From assembly GCA_043813075.1 (NCBI GenBank), contig JBDRLL010000010.1:1-64000 (forward strand): DNA of 64,000 nucleotides, read 5' to 3'. Both the position numbers and the translations under genes were made by a program. The stretch is from Candidatus Altiarchaeota archaeon (lineage in GTDB: Archaea > Altiarchaeota > Altiarchaeia > IMC4 > SCGC-AAA252-I15). Of the stretch, positions 1 to 9,290 are shown piece by piece. The notes below the pieces were generated by a model. It was not told the DNA's origin. It did no database searches and worked only from the letters and a program-made list of their open reading frames with translations. The stretch's first letter is position 1. Every line of letters begins with the position of its first letter.

Positions 1-1
1 C

Positions 2-808
2 AAGAGCTGCACTAACGGGAAAGACGATGACTGCGATAAAAAAGTAGACTGTAAAGACCCTAGTTGCAGTAACTTCAAGAAATGCCGGAATTCCCCGACA
101 ACCACACTAGTGGATGGCTGCCGAGATACGGATGGAGGAGACAATTACTTCAAGTATGGGATAGCTATCAAGGGTAATCACGTAGAGACTGATAGTTGCG
201 GCAATAACAACTATCTGTCTGAAGCCGTCTGCCAGGGAGGCCCGTCAAAGGTACTGATCCAGTGCCCCTTCAAATGCAGTCAAGGAAGGTGTTTGAGGCC
301 GCCAACCACTACCCTCAAAGGACAGTGCACTGAGACGGACTATGGCGAATACGACTACTTTAAGAGGGGTGTCGCCAAGAAAAAAGGGGTCAGGAGAGTC
401 GACACTTGCTCTACATTCGACCATCCTAACCCCGTGTACGGTCAAATGCTTCTGGAGGCTAGTTGCATAACTGGAGAGCCTAAATGGTTTACGTACAACT
501 GTCCTAACGGATGCAAGAGAGGTGCTTGCTTGCTCAATCCCACAACAACATTAAAGCCACAGCCAACAACTACCCTGCCCTATCAGCGTTGCAGGGACTC
601 AGATGGGGGGATGAACTTATTGGTGCACGGGGGAGCAGTAAACATGAATAATGGAATCTTCTATGTGGACGGCTGCTCTAAGAAATACGATAACATGATA
701 CTCGAGGCATACTGCTATCACGGCTACGATCCAGAATATTCTATGACAACATTCTGCCCTACAGGCCACGTCTGTGATGCGGGAGTTTGCGCTCCAAAAC
801 CCAGTTGA
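2..808 (+). CDS. Cys-rich repeat, probably extracellular/surface protein (5'-truncated by window edge)
   Basis: The frame is open from position 2 (KSCTNGKDDDCDKKVDCKDPSC...). Three C-x-[DE]-[TS]-D-x-G...D-x-C...L-x-E-A-x-C...C...C..G.C repeats are separated by PTTTL linkers. Confidence 0.8.
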   Translation, partial: KSCTNGKDDDCDKKVDCKDPSCSNFKKCRNSPTTTLVDGCRDTDGGDNYFKYGIAIKGNHVETDSCGNNNYLSEAVCQGGPSKVLIQCPFKCSQGRCLRPPTTTLKGQCTETDYGEYDYFKRGVAKKKGVRRVDTCSTFDHPNPVYGQMLLEASCITGEPKWFTYNCPNGCKRGACLLNPTTTLKPQPTTTLPYQRCRDSDGGMNLLVHGGAVNMNNGIFYVDGCSKKYDNMILEAYCYHGYDPEYSMTTFCPTGHVCDAGVCAPKPS

Positions 809-822
809 AAGAAAAAAAGTTT

Positions 823-914
823 AGCCCCGACCGGGAATTGAACCCGGGACCTCGTGCTGTTTGGGATTATCTGGTCCTACCAAGCACGCGCTCTACCGAC
901 TGAGCTATCGAGGC
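823..914 (-). tRNA. tRNA-Thr(GGT) with 19-nt canonical intron at 37/38 (intron 877..859)
   Basis: The minus strand folds as a cloverleaf: acceptor GCCTCGA/TCGGGGC, D-arm GCTC/GAGC, anticodon stem CGTGC/GCACG, anticodon GGT at 881-879, T-arm CCGGG-TTCAATT-CCCGG, discriminator T. The intron GGACCAGATAATCCCAAAC forms a bulge-helix-bulge (TTGG/CCAA central helix). Confidence 0.95.
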
Positions 915-1073
915 AACCTTACTAAGGTTGACGGATGAGCAGCATGCGCTTAATGTGTTCGCTTAGCTGCTCTGTGCTATGATACGAATTCTCGCTGGAG
1001 TCTGTAACTCCAGGTCATCAAGTCCCTCAAGGGGGACGAAGATGGCCTTCGCGTGTGAACGGAGCGAGCCGTT

Positions 1074-1092
1074 CCGACTGAGCTATCTAGGC
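1074..1092 (-). repeat. Partial duplicate of the tRNA-Thr 5' end (acceptor 5' strand plus part of D-arm)
   Basis: GCCTAGATAGCTCAGTCGG versus tRNA GCCTCGATAGCTCAGTCGG (896-914), 18/19 identical. No matching 3' half follows it. Confidence 0.8.
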
Positions 1093-1119
1093 GGACCTTT
1101 AATAAAGGTAATTATTTCT

Positions 1120-1989
1120 TTATATGCTTATCAATTTGGCTGATAGGAATGCTATGAGGCTTAGGGTCATGCCGCCGACCATCGTCCTCTGTGCGAGGGC
1201 GGGGTGCATGGTGAATGATGCTATGAACATGAGGTCTGCTAGGGATATGACCACCAGGTACGGTAGGGTGTTAAAATCCGGCATTTGCGGGAATATGGGG
1301 GTCAGGCTTATCAGGACTGCGATGACTCCCATGGCTGTCGCGAAGACCTTCGACTTCTTCTCCCCGAAGACTATCGGCAGCGACCTTGCGTAAACCTTGT
1401 TGTCCCCCTCTATATCCTCGATATCCTTGATTATCTCCCTGGCCCACGTCATGAGGAACGAGCAGGCTACCACCACGGTCAGGAAGAAGTTGCTGTAGAC
1501 TGAGAACACGCCGCCCACTATCGTCGATAAAGCCCCGTATATGAAGACGCTGGCTACAAGGTAGCTTATGCTGATGTTTGAGACAAGCAGCATGCTCTTC
1601 GAGTACCTGGCGTACACGACGAGTATGATAGTGTTCACCAACGCTATCATGAGGCAATACTTGTTCACAGCCTTGGAAATCCCAATCCCTATCATGAAGA
1701 AGGCTATGCCCAGCATCAGGGCGTCACTCTTGGTTATGCGCCCTGAAGGTATGGGCCTCCAAGGCTTGTTCGTCTTGTCCGACTCGATGTCGAAATAGTC
1801 GTTTAGCATGTTCCCCCCGCTCAGTATCAGTGAGGCTGAGAACCCAGCTATGAGAACAGGGCCAAGCGGCGTGTCCGGGGCGTAGATGATTGCGCCCACA
1901 AACACGCCTAATAGCGCTATCAGTGCGTTGCGTATCCTCATCAATTCCAGTAACGTCGTGAATCTGTTATAAGTCCTCTTTAAATCCAT
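1120..1989 (-). CDS. UbiA-family prenyltransferase, likely digeranylgeranylglyceryl phosphate synthase
   Basis: NDYFDIESDKTNKPWRPIPSG and REIIKDIEDIEGD motifs; multiple TM segments. Confidence 0.88.
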   Translation of the reverse strand: MDLKRTYNRFTTLLELMRIRNALIALLGVFVGAIIYAPDTPLGPVLIAGFSASLILSGGNMLNDYFDIESDKTNKPWRPIPSGRITKSDALMLGIAFFMIGIGISKAVNKYCLMIALVNTIILVVYARYSKSMLLVSNISISYLVASVFIYGALSTIVGGVFSVYSNFFLTVVVACSFLMTWAREIIKDIEDIEGDNKVYARSLPIVFGEKKSKVFATAMGVIAVLISLTPIFPQMPDFNTLPYLVVISLADLMFIASFTMHPALAQRTMVGGMTLSLIAFLSAKLISI

Positions 1990-1997
1990 GTTAAACC

Positions 1998-2567
1998 CTA
2001 CTCCTCAAAACCGACTTCACTCTTTATCTCAGCGGCTTTCGCGTTGTCTACGCCAGGAACCTTAGCCAGCTCCTCTTCAGTGAGTCTCTTCAGCTCGTCC
2101 AGGCTTATTATGCCAGAGTCATAGAGCACTCCAGCAAGCTTGTCGTCTATGGACTCGTATGAAACGAACTTCTCCAGAACCTCCTCCCTGCTGTCCCCCT
2201 CCCGTTTGCCGCTCAAATAGTTCTGAATAGCCTTGTGCAGTCCGTCGGCCGCCAGGTTGGAGCAGTGCATTTTGATTGGCGGGAGACCGTCCAATGCTTC
2301 GGCCACATCGCTTCTGCTTATCTTCAAAGCCTCCTCCAGAGTCTTCCCCTTGGCCAGTTCGGTGATCATGGATGATGTGGCTATCGCCGCCGCACAGCCC
2401 ATGGTCTTGAATCCTATCTCTATGATGATGTTGTCCTTAACCTTTATGTAGATGTGCATGATGTCCCCGCACACGGGGTTCCCGACTTTGCCTATGGCGT
2501 CAGCATCCGCTATGGCACCCATGTTCCGTGGGTTGGTGAAGTGGTCTATCACAGTATCCGAGTACAT
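1998..2567 (-). CDS. iscU: Fe-S cluster scaffold IscU/NifU with C-terminal helix-hairpin-helix extension
   Basis: YSDTVIDHFTNPRNMG, GNPVCGD, GCAAAIA and LPPIKMHCSNLA motifs; tail EELAKVPGV is HhH-like. Confidence 0.92.
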   Translation of the reverse strand: MYSDTVIDHFTNPRNMGAIADADAIGKVGNPVCGDIMHIYIKVKDNIIIEIGFKTMGCAAAIATSSMITELAKGKTLEEALKISRSDVAEALDGLPPIKMHCSNLAADGLHKAIQNYLSGKREGDSREEVLEKFVSYESIDDKLAGVLYDSGIISLDELKRLTEEELAKVPGVDNAKAAEIKSEVGFEE

Positions 2568-2758
2568 TCTAGGTCAACTATCGTTGTTATGGCATAAAAA
2601 TATGGTCTAAAAGCTTGTAATGCCGGAATCCAATGGTTTCAGGAGGTTTTAAACCCTAGGACACACCCCTCCCGGCGCAACGTTAATAACACGCATTCTC
2701 AAATAAAAATCCTATCCAACCCAACACTTTACGGAGTGATTAACACCCGGATAACCGC

Positions 2759-4978
2759 ATGATGCAGTCAACTAGTAATCCCAAGCCAGGTAGGGGGCAA
2801 TTTCACGCAAAAGTCCTCGATTACTATGGGCGTCTAAGCGGACGTTTTAACCGCTTGCCTGCATTCAAAAAAATTGCGGCCATAACATCCGTAATGTTTC
2901 TCGCATTCAGCATACACCCCAGCATATTATCCTCCGGTTATCCTGTGGTTGATGGTGTGTGGGATTACTCCTATTCCAATGATTTTGCTGGCTGGTATTG
3001 GGGTAACGCTAGTCTTGACGGCTGGTGGACTGGCCCGCTCCCAATCCAGGTTGGCGGGTTGAGGCAGGTTCTTTTTCGTGGTGTTGTTAACCTGTCTCGC
3101 GCCGACTCCCTCTCCATGGATGTTCTAGCTGATGATTGTGTGAGCGAGTTTTACGTTAATGACCGTCTTGTCTTCGAGGAGAAGAATTGCGGTAAGTGCA
3201 CTCATTGTTTCGGCCTGGCCTTGAATGTGTCTGAGGGTCTTAAGGCCGGTTCGAACACCCTCGCATTCAAACTATTGAACGGCGGCGGAGATCCAGTGGG
3301 CCTTAAGATAGGCTATGTTAAAGAGGAAGGTGTTGGCAGCCCTCCTGTGGTTGGTGGTGTCTGGAATTACTCCTACTCCAATGATTCTGCGGGCTGGTAT
3401 GGAAGTAACTCTAGTCTTGATGGCTGGTGGAATGGTTCTCTCCCCCTGAGGGTTGGCGGGTTGAGGCAGGTTCTTGTTCGTGGTATTGTTAATCTTTCCC
3501 GTGTTGAGCCATTGTCTATCGGTGTTTCCGCTGATGATTGTGTGAGCGAGTTTTACGTTAATGACCGTCTTGTCTTTGAGGAGAAGAATTGCGGTAAGTG
3601 CACTCACTGTTTCGGCCTGGCCTTGAATGTGTCTGAGGGTCTTAAGGCGGGGTCGAACACCCTCGCGTTCAAACTATTGAACGGCGGCGGAGGGCCGGTA
3701 AAACTCGAAATGAGCACTCCAAAAAACACGGATACACGCGCTATCAGACTCCGGCTAATACTGGTCGCCGTATGCGCCTTGCTTGTGCTTATAATGCCTG
3801 GCAGAAAAGCCAGCACACTAATCGTGCTGCTGTTATTATCCTCCTACCTAATGTACTATGGGTCAATGGACTGGCGGTCAAAACGCCTCTATGACTTTAA
3901 CTTCCGCCTTTTCACAGGTATAGCCGACAAAATAATATCCCACGGGTTTTTCAAGGCAAGATTCGGACAGCCAGTCTACACGGATGGCAATGGCACTGTA
4001 AACTACTACGTCCACCACCCCCCACTACTAAGCATATTCACTGCATTAAGCTTCAAGGCCCTCACGCCCATTGGCACGTCACGTAGCACCGCAGCATTAA
4101 TAGTTCCAACAATCTTTTCATTTGGGGCTCTCGCACTACTCTACCTAATCGCAGACAGATTATGGGGTCGTGTGATCGCATCCGTTTCCGTCCTAGTAAT
4201 GGCGTTGACCCCGATGTTCCGCTCATTCAGTCGAATGCTCTGCCACGAACCAGTCGTGACATTCTTCCTGCTGGCCGTCTTGTACTACTACATCCTCTGG
4301 ATGGACACTAGAAAGAAGAGATACTTCACGCTAGTCTGCCTGATATTGGCTGTCGGATGCTTCACAGGATGGCCCGCATACTACATCATGCCCCTACTGG
4401 CAGGCCATCACCTCCTATTCAGCCCAAAAAAGGATGCGAGGATTCTCGCACTCCCTATTCTCGGAATAGTCTTCTTCTCGGTCTTCATAGCCCACATATA
4501 CGTGCTCGGGGGTATGGCGGCGATAGAGGACTTGAAAGGCAGCGTCAAGTTCCGCGTGGACTACAACCGTCAGATAGACGCCTTAGGGTATCCCAACTAC
4601 ATGTCTCTCGTAAACTCTGTTGATGTTCTAAAATCATTTTTCACGCCAACCCTATTCTACGCCTCCATACTCTTCATGGTGTCAGTCATACACGATATCA
4701 TAAAGAAGAGGAGCATACTCCCAGATTCATACATCATCATCCTACTCCTGGTGGCAGTCACACACAATTTTCTCTGGCCATTCGGCAGACAAGTACACGG
4801 CTACTGGAGCTACTACTTCACCCCCGCAATAGCGCTGGCGTCAGTGGTCGGATTGAATAAGATAATAAAGAGCAGCAGAGAGGACTCCAAGACAATGGTA
4901 TGGATCATACTGCTGGCAGCATGGATATCGACATTAAGCATCGAGCTTGTTAACCCCCTCATAGTGTATCTAGACTAG
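2759..4978 (+). CDS. ArnT/PMT-like (GT-C) membrane glycosyltransferase with two tandem N-terminal beta-rich extracellular domains
   Basis: HHPPL motif, many TM helices, duplicated domain containing ADDCVSEFYVND...GSNTLAF. Confidence 0.75.
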   Translation: MMQSTSNPKPGRGQFHAKVLDYYGRLSGRFNRLPAFKKIAAITSVMFLAFSIHPSILSSGYPVVDGVWDYSYSNDFAGWYWGNASLDGWWTGPLPIQVGGLRQVLFRGVVNLSRADSLSMDVLADDCVSEFYVNDRLVFEEKNCGKCTHCFGLALNVSEGLKAGSNTLAFKLLNGGGDPVGLKIGYVKEEGVGSPPVVGGVWNYSYSNDSAGWYGSNSSLDGWWNGSLPLRVGGLRQVLVRGIVNLSRVEPLSIGVSADDCVSEFYVNDRLVFEEKNCGKCTHCFGLALNVSEGLKAGSNTLAFKLLNGGGGPVKLEMSTPKNTDTRAIRLRLILVAVCALLVLIMPGRKASTLIVLLLLSSYLMYYGSMDWRSKRLYDFNFRLFTGIADKIISHGFFKARFGQPVYTDGNGTVNYYVHHPPLLSIFTALSFKALTPIGTSRSTAALIVPTIFSFGALALLYLIADRLWGRVIASVSVLVMALTPMFRSFSRMLCHEPVVTFFLLAVLYYYILWMDTRKKRYFTLVCLILAVGCFTGWPAYYIMPLLAGHHLLFSPKKDARILALPILGIVFFSVFIAHIYVLGGMAAIEDLKGSVKFRVDYNRQIDALGYPNYMSLVNSVDVLKSFFTPTLFYASILFMVSVIHDIIKKRSILPDSYIIILLLVAVTHNFLWPFGRQVHGYWSYYFTPAIALASVVGLNKIIKSSREDSKTMVWIILLAAWISTLSIELVNPLIVYLD
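2942..3692 (+). repeat. Intragenic direct repeat, two ~349-bp copies (2942-3290 and 3344-3692), 402-bp period
   Basis: Near-identical DNA; for example gctgatgattgtgtgagcgagttttacgttaatgaccgtcttgtctt occurs in both copies. Confidence 0.95.
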
Positions 4979-5000
4979 GCCTCATCACCAGGGTAAGTCA

Positions 5001-6089
5001 TCAGATCCTGTATCTTAGTAGCGCTGCCTTGCCCTTGAACGTGTTCCACAGCTGGAAGCCCTCCTCAAAGTCGACGGACACTATCTCCACAACGCTGCCA
5101 GTGGACTTCGCCTTATCGTACATGACCTCTATCTCATCCTCAGGAAGGTTCTCGCTCAAGAGTAGGGTGTCCACTGCATTGGAGTCAAGGGCCGCTTCAA
5201 TGTCCGGGCCGTATGCTATGTTGCCTTCGCCTATAAGGCCCTTCATGAACCTTTCCATGAGCTTCTTCTGCCTCACCATCTCGACCTCAGACAGGTCGTC
5301 TTCAGCAGCCTTTATGAGCTCTCTTATCCCAGACTCGTCCGTGTATGTTATGTCTTTGACGGCGATAATCTTCTTCTTCAGCTCATGGTGTATGTACTCC
5401 CCATTAATGAAATCATCCTTCGTTCCGGCAGGCCCCCCCACGACTATCCCCCTTAAATCCTTGGTTGACTCAAGGAATGCCTCTGTCATCGATGAGCCAA
5501 CCCTCTTCTTGAACTCATGGCTCTGCTCGGTCACAAGTCGTTCGAATCTTCTAGCCGACTGCCCTCCAGCCCTGTGTTTCCCGCTGTATCCTGACGTGAG
5601 CTTCTTTAGTATGGTATACCTCGAGCCCTTGAGTGTCGCGAGGGTTGCCGTCTTATTGTCTATCGCAACCAGTGCGTACGAGTCCTTTGGCGCGGCGAGC
5701 TCCCTCAACGGATCCAGTATGAACTCCTTATCACACCTGTACAAGCGTATCCCTATCGGCTCCGGCGGCTCGAGAGACCAGACCTTCAGGTCCTGCACGC
5801 CCTCCCTCTCAGAAATGTTACCGCAGAATAATACAAGCCCGTTGGGGGGCGTCTTTGTGAACAGCCTCAAGTGTTGTATCGTCTTCTCCAGCGCATCCAC
5901 CACATTCTTCTTCGTGGTCTTTGACTTGATGTTCGTTGCAGTGCCCTGTTCGGACGCGAGCTGGCTCATCACGTTGTTCAAGTCGTATCCTGCTGGAACG
6001 TAGACTGATATCAGTTCGGTGTGCCTGCCCTGCTTTGACTCCAATTCCCTAACTAACTTCCTAAGCTTGTATTCAGAGTGAGAATCCAT
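5001..6089 (-). CDS. prf1: Peptide chain release factor aRF1 (compact form)
   Basis: NIKS, YRCDKEF (YxCxxxF) and GGQS motifs. Confidence 0.96.
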   Translation of the reverse strand: MDSHSEYKLRKLVRELESKQGRHTELISVYVPAGYDLNNVMSQLASEQGTATNIKSKTTKKNVVDALEKTIQHLRLFTKTPPNGLVLFCGNISEREGVQDLKVWSLEPPEPIGIRLYRCDKEFILDPLRELAAPKDSYALVAIDNKTATLATLKGSRYTILKKLTSGYSGKHRAGGQSARRFERLVTEQSHEFKKRVGSSMTEAFLESTKDLRGIVVGGPAGTKDDFINGEYIHHELKKKIIAVKDITYTDESGIRELIKAAEDDLSEVEMVRQKKLMERFMKGLIGEGNIAYGPDIEAALDSNAVDTLLLSENLPEDEIEVMYDKAKSTGSVVEIVSVDFEEGFQLWNTFKGKAALLRYRI

Positions 6090-6097
6090 GTTGAACG

Positions 6098-6919
6098 CTA
6101 CTTTATTGCCCTGTTCAGGCTAATCTCAAAAGCCGATACCGGGACTTCAAGGCCGAAGGCGTCCAGTACTCCAGGCTTCAGTTCCCCGAAAAAACCAGAG
6201 CCGATTTCTGCGGCACGCCCATCTATGAAACTGCCGTGAACGCAGGCTTTGACGTCGCACTCCCCACCCAACTCCACCATCAGGCCTGATACAACCGACT
6301 TGACTTCGCTGAAAGAAGATCTAGAGTGGGCTAGGACTCCCGCAACCTTCCTCTCCTGGCTTCCATCAGCTTTAACGCAGTCACCCACCTCAAAGAGCAT
6401 CTGCGGGTACTCCCTGCTCCTGTTCTTCTCCAAAACGTTCATGAGTGACGGCATGAGCCAGGTCCTGGCCACAGAATGATCTGAGCTTACTGGGTTGACT
6501 GCCTCAGCAACCTCCTCGTCCGGAAAACCCATCTTCTCGAATAGCTCGTGCTTGTTAGTCATTATGAGGGTCATAACTTCCATGAACCCGTACCCAACCA
6601 TCAGCTCCCTTATCCTTTCGCTGAAAAGTTCGAGCTCGTCAGCCTTACCGAGCGTGCTTATCCCTGGTATACTGGTCTTGAAGTTCATGTAACCGTATGC
6701 TATGGCGATGTCTTCAACCAAGTCTATGGGATGCAGTATGTCAGCCCTAAAGGCGGGGACCTTAACCTTAAGTACACTGCCCTTAACTTCCACGCCGAAA
6801 CGCATGCGCTCCAGATACTCGCCCACTTCACCGGACGTGAGTTCAAGGCCTAGAAGCCGGTTCGCGTATCCCACATCCAACTCCACCACACGCGGTTCCC
6901 ATACTGGTGTCTTCATCAT
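6098..6919 (-). CDS. pheT: Phenylalanyl-tRNA synthetase beta subunit, C-terminal part only (B5 plus catalytic-like domain)
   Basis: VPAFRADILHPIDLVEDIAIAYGY and RTWLMPSLM...YPQMLFEVG motifs. It is 273 aa, about half the usual archaeal length. Confidence 0.88.
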   Translation of the reverse strand: MMKTPVWEPRVVELDVGYANRLLGLELTSGEVGEYLERMRFGVEVKGSVLKVKVPAFRADILHPIDLVEDIAIAYGYMNFKTSIPGISTLGKADELELFSERIRELMVGYGFMEVMTLIMTNKHELFEKMGFPDEEVAEAVNPVSSDHSVARTWLMPSLMNVLEKNRSREYPQMLFEVGDCVKADGSQERKVAGVLAHSRSSFSEVKSVVSGLMVELGGECDVKACVHGSFIDGRAAEIGSGFFGELKPGVLDAFGLEVPVSAFEISLNRAIK

Positions 6920-6973
6920 CTCAAACTATTGATAATGTGGGTTAATAGTTAAATAAATAATAGCAGTTCGTCC

Positions 6974-8299
6974 TCACGGCTTCAGCGCATTCAAGAGCAT
7001 GTCCCGCACAATCTTGTTCGACAGCGTGAAAACAGACATTATGAACGATACTATGATTATGCCCGCATAGTCTGAGAACGGGTAGCTGGTCCACGGGGAG
7101 TTCACGGCCAGCAGGTTTATCAGCCCTATGAACACGGAAGTCAGGGCTGTTAGCAGGAATATCAAGTAAGCCCACATGCTCCTCCCCTCCTCTAGGAAAG
7201 ACTTGCTGAGATATGCCAGTATGGGTGTCGTTGGCACAAGCCACCGGAAGCTGTATGCGATGCCCCCATAGCCTGAGGTGGAAGTAAGGTAGAATATGAA
7301 CAGCATAGCGCAACCTGAACCGAGGAACAGGACTTCCCTGCCCGTCTTCCGCTTCTTCCTCAGGACTTCCGACACTATCACTGCCGCAGAGAAAAGGTGC
7401 ATGGGGGTGTTCGAAAAGAATCCCTGGACTCCGAAAAGGGAGTTTAGGATGTACGTCAGCCTCGACACGTCGCCCTGATCCACGTCGACAGGGTCAATCC
7501 CGTCTTCAGTGAACTTGAATCCAGAACCAGGGTAACGGTAGTATTCCGGGTGTAGTTGGGCAGGCTTCAGGTCGCCGAGTATCATAACGTTAAGGTATGC
7601 GTGCAATGTAAGCGGCAGCAGCATTCCTATCACAAACAAATGCGCCTTACCCCTCAGACCACCGTCAAATATGATGTATCCAATGAAAACTACGCCAAAA
7701 ACCAGTCCCGGCGGTATGTCTATCCCAGCAGCAAGACCGCTCGCCAACCCGGCGAGAAAAAGCCTCAACACCCCACCATTCTTCGAGTCCAGTATGAGGT
7801 AGAAGGAGGCGAATATCAACGCGGCGGCTGGAGTGTGATTATTGTACGTAACAGTATAATTCATCAACGGGGTGGCGGTCACAAGGAGCCCGGTCAACAC
7901 GATGCCCTGTCTCACAGTCAGTCCATAATACAGCAGGCTCCTGTAGAACAAGACGGCAAGCAATGACGTCAGAGAACCCATCACACTCAGCGTCACGATA
8001 TAGTATGCCAGCGACGCGTGACTCCTGAACGTCACGCCCACAGCCGACAGCATGAAGTAGGGTATGGCGCCGATTAGCGACAGCATGGGCGGCTTGCTTG
8101 AATAATAGTGCCCTCCGACAAAGACCTTGTCGACAAGAGGCTTGACGCTGGCTTCGTCTATGATGAACGTGCCCCCCTCAACTATCGACTCTATCGTCGC
8201 CATCCTCGAGAGGTCGTTTTCAACGTAATAATCGTTCGTGAGCACTATGAACAAGAGAAATACCGCTGAAAAAATCAATATCCCATCCCTGCTGGCCAT
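6974..8299 (-). CDS. Polytopic membrane protein, probable GT-C glycosyltransferase
   Basis: NDLSR...YYSSKPP loop after the first TM; about 10 TM segments; glycosylation-cluster context. Confidence 0.6.
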   Translation of the reverse strand: MASRDGILIFSAVFLLFIVLTNDYYVENDLSRMATIESIVEGGTFIIDEASVKPLVDKVFVGGHYYSSKPPMLSLIGAIPYFMLSAVGVTFRSHASLAYYIVTLSVMGSLTSLLAVLFYRSLLYYGLTVRQGIVLTGLLVTATPLMNYTVTYNNHTPAAALIFASFYLILDSKNGGVLRLFLAGLASGLAAGIDIPPGLVFGVVFIGYIIFDGGLRGKAHLFVIGMLLPLTLHAYLNVMILGDLKPAQLHPEYYRYPGSGFKFTEDGIDPVDVDQGDVSRLTYILNSLFGVQGFFSNTPMHLFSAAVIVSEVLRKKRKTGREVLFLGSGCAMLFIFYLTSTSGYGGIAYSFRWLVPTTPILAYLSKSFLEEGRSMWAYLIFLLTALTSVFIGLINLLAVNSPWTSYPFSDYAGIIIVSFIMSVFTLSNKIVRDMLLNALKP

Positions 8300-8342
8300 C
8301 CCTTTAGATTATTATTTGCCTAGGGATAATAATACAACCAAC

Positions 8343-9290
8343 ATGGTCGATATAAGTGTCATAGTGCCCGTATACAATGAGAGGGAGTCGGTCAAAGCAC
8401 TCTACTCCCGGCTGGTGGGCGTCCTCCATGAGCTGGGCAAAACCTATGAGATAATATTCGTGGACGACGGCTCTAGGGACGGGTCGCTTGAAGTCCTCAA
8501 GGACTTGAATAGCAGAGACGATTCCGTGAGGATAATACGCTTCAGGAGGAACTTCGGCCAGACTGCTGCGATGGACGCGGGATTCAAGAACGCGTCAGGG
8601 AAAACCATCGTCAGCATGGACGCGGACCTACAGAACGACCCCTCAGACATACCCACACTCCTGGATCGCATGGACGAGGGATTCGACGCGGTATGCGGCT
8701 GGCGCTATGACAGGAAAGACTCCATCCCAAAGAGGATAATGTCACTGGTGGCAAACAAGATGCGCAACATCCTCGTCGGAGACAGCATACACGACTCCGG
8801 ATGCTCCCTCAGGGCATACACAAGCGAGGCCGCTAAAGACTTGGAGTTGTACGGTGAAATGCACCGTTACATACCCACACTCCTCATGTGGAAGGGCTAT
8901 CGCGTGTCCGAAGTAAAAGTCAAACACCATCCGAGGGAGCATGGAAAGACGAAGTACGGTGCTGGAAGGCTCCTGCGGGGGATGCTGGACCTGATAACAG
9001 TGAAATTCCTAGTCACCTACAATTCAAGCCCCCTGCACCTGTTCGGAATACCGGGGATAATATCCACTGCGACCGGCCTGATGATATCAGCCTACCTGGC
9101 GTACATAAGGGTAGTACACTACGAGCCGATATCCAGCAGACCCCTCCTGTCGCTCGGCGTCCTGCTCATACTCCTCGGCGTACAATTCATATCCATAGGA
9201 CTGCTGGGGGAGCTGATAACCAACCGCTTCTTCGCGGAATCAAACCTATCCACCAGAAGACAGTACTCCATCAAGGAGATAATCGAATAG
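8343..9290 (+). CDS. GT2 glycosyltransferase (DPM1/ArnC-like)
   Basis: SVIVPVYNE, VDDGSRD, RNFGQTAA and MDADLQNDP motifs; two C-terminal TMs. Start moved to ATG 8343 to avoid overlap with the divergent gene. Confidence 0.93.
   Translation: MVDISVIVPVYNERESVKALYSRLVGVLHELGKTYEIIFVDDGSRDGSLEVLKDLNSRDDSVRIIRFRRNFGQTAAMDAGFKNASGKTIVSMDADLQNDPSDIPTLLDRMDEGFDAVCGWRYDRKDSIPKRIMSLVANKMRNILVGDSIHDSGCSLRAYTSEAAKDLELYGEMHRYIPTLLMWKGYRVSEVKVKHHPREHGKTKYGAGRLLRGMLDLITVKFLVTYNSSPLHLFGIPGIISTATGLMISAYLAYIRVVHYEPISSRPLLSLGVLLILLGVQFISIGLLGELITNRFFAESNLSTRRQYSIKEIIE

Noticed and set aside
930-1092. Second complete tRNA gene
   Set aside because: Only the 5' 19 nt are tRNA-like; no T-arm or complementary acceptor strand follows.
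5029-6003. 324-aa plus-strand ORF
   Set aside because: It is the antisense shadow of aRF1, Ser-rich and without motifs. The same applies to most short overlapping ORFs in the track.
5001-6089. Stop-codon reassignment suggested by short aRF1
   Set aside because: The NIKS, YxCxxxF and GGQ motifs are intact, and all three stop codons end conserved genes in the window.
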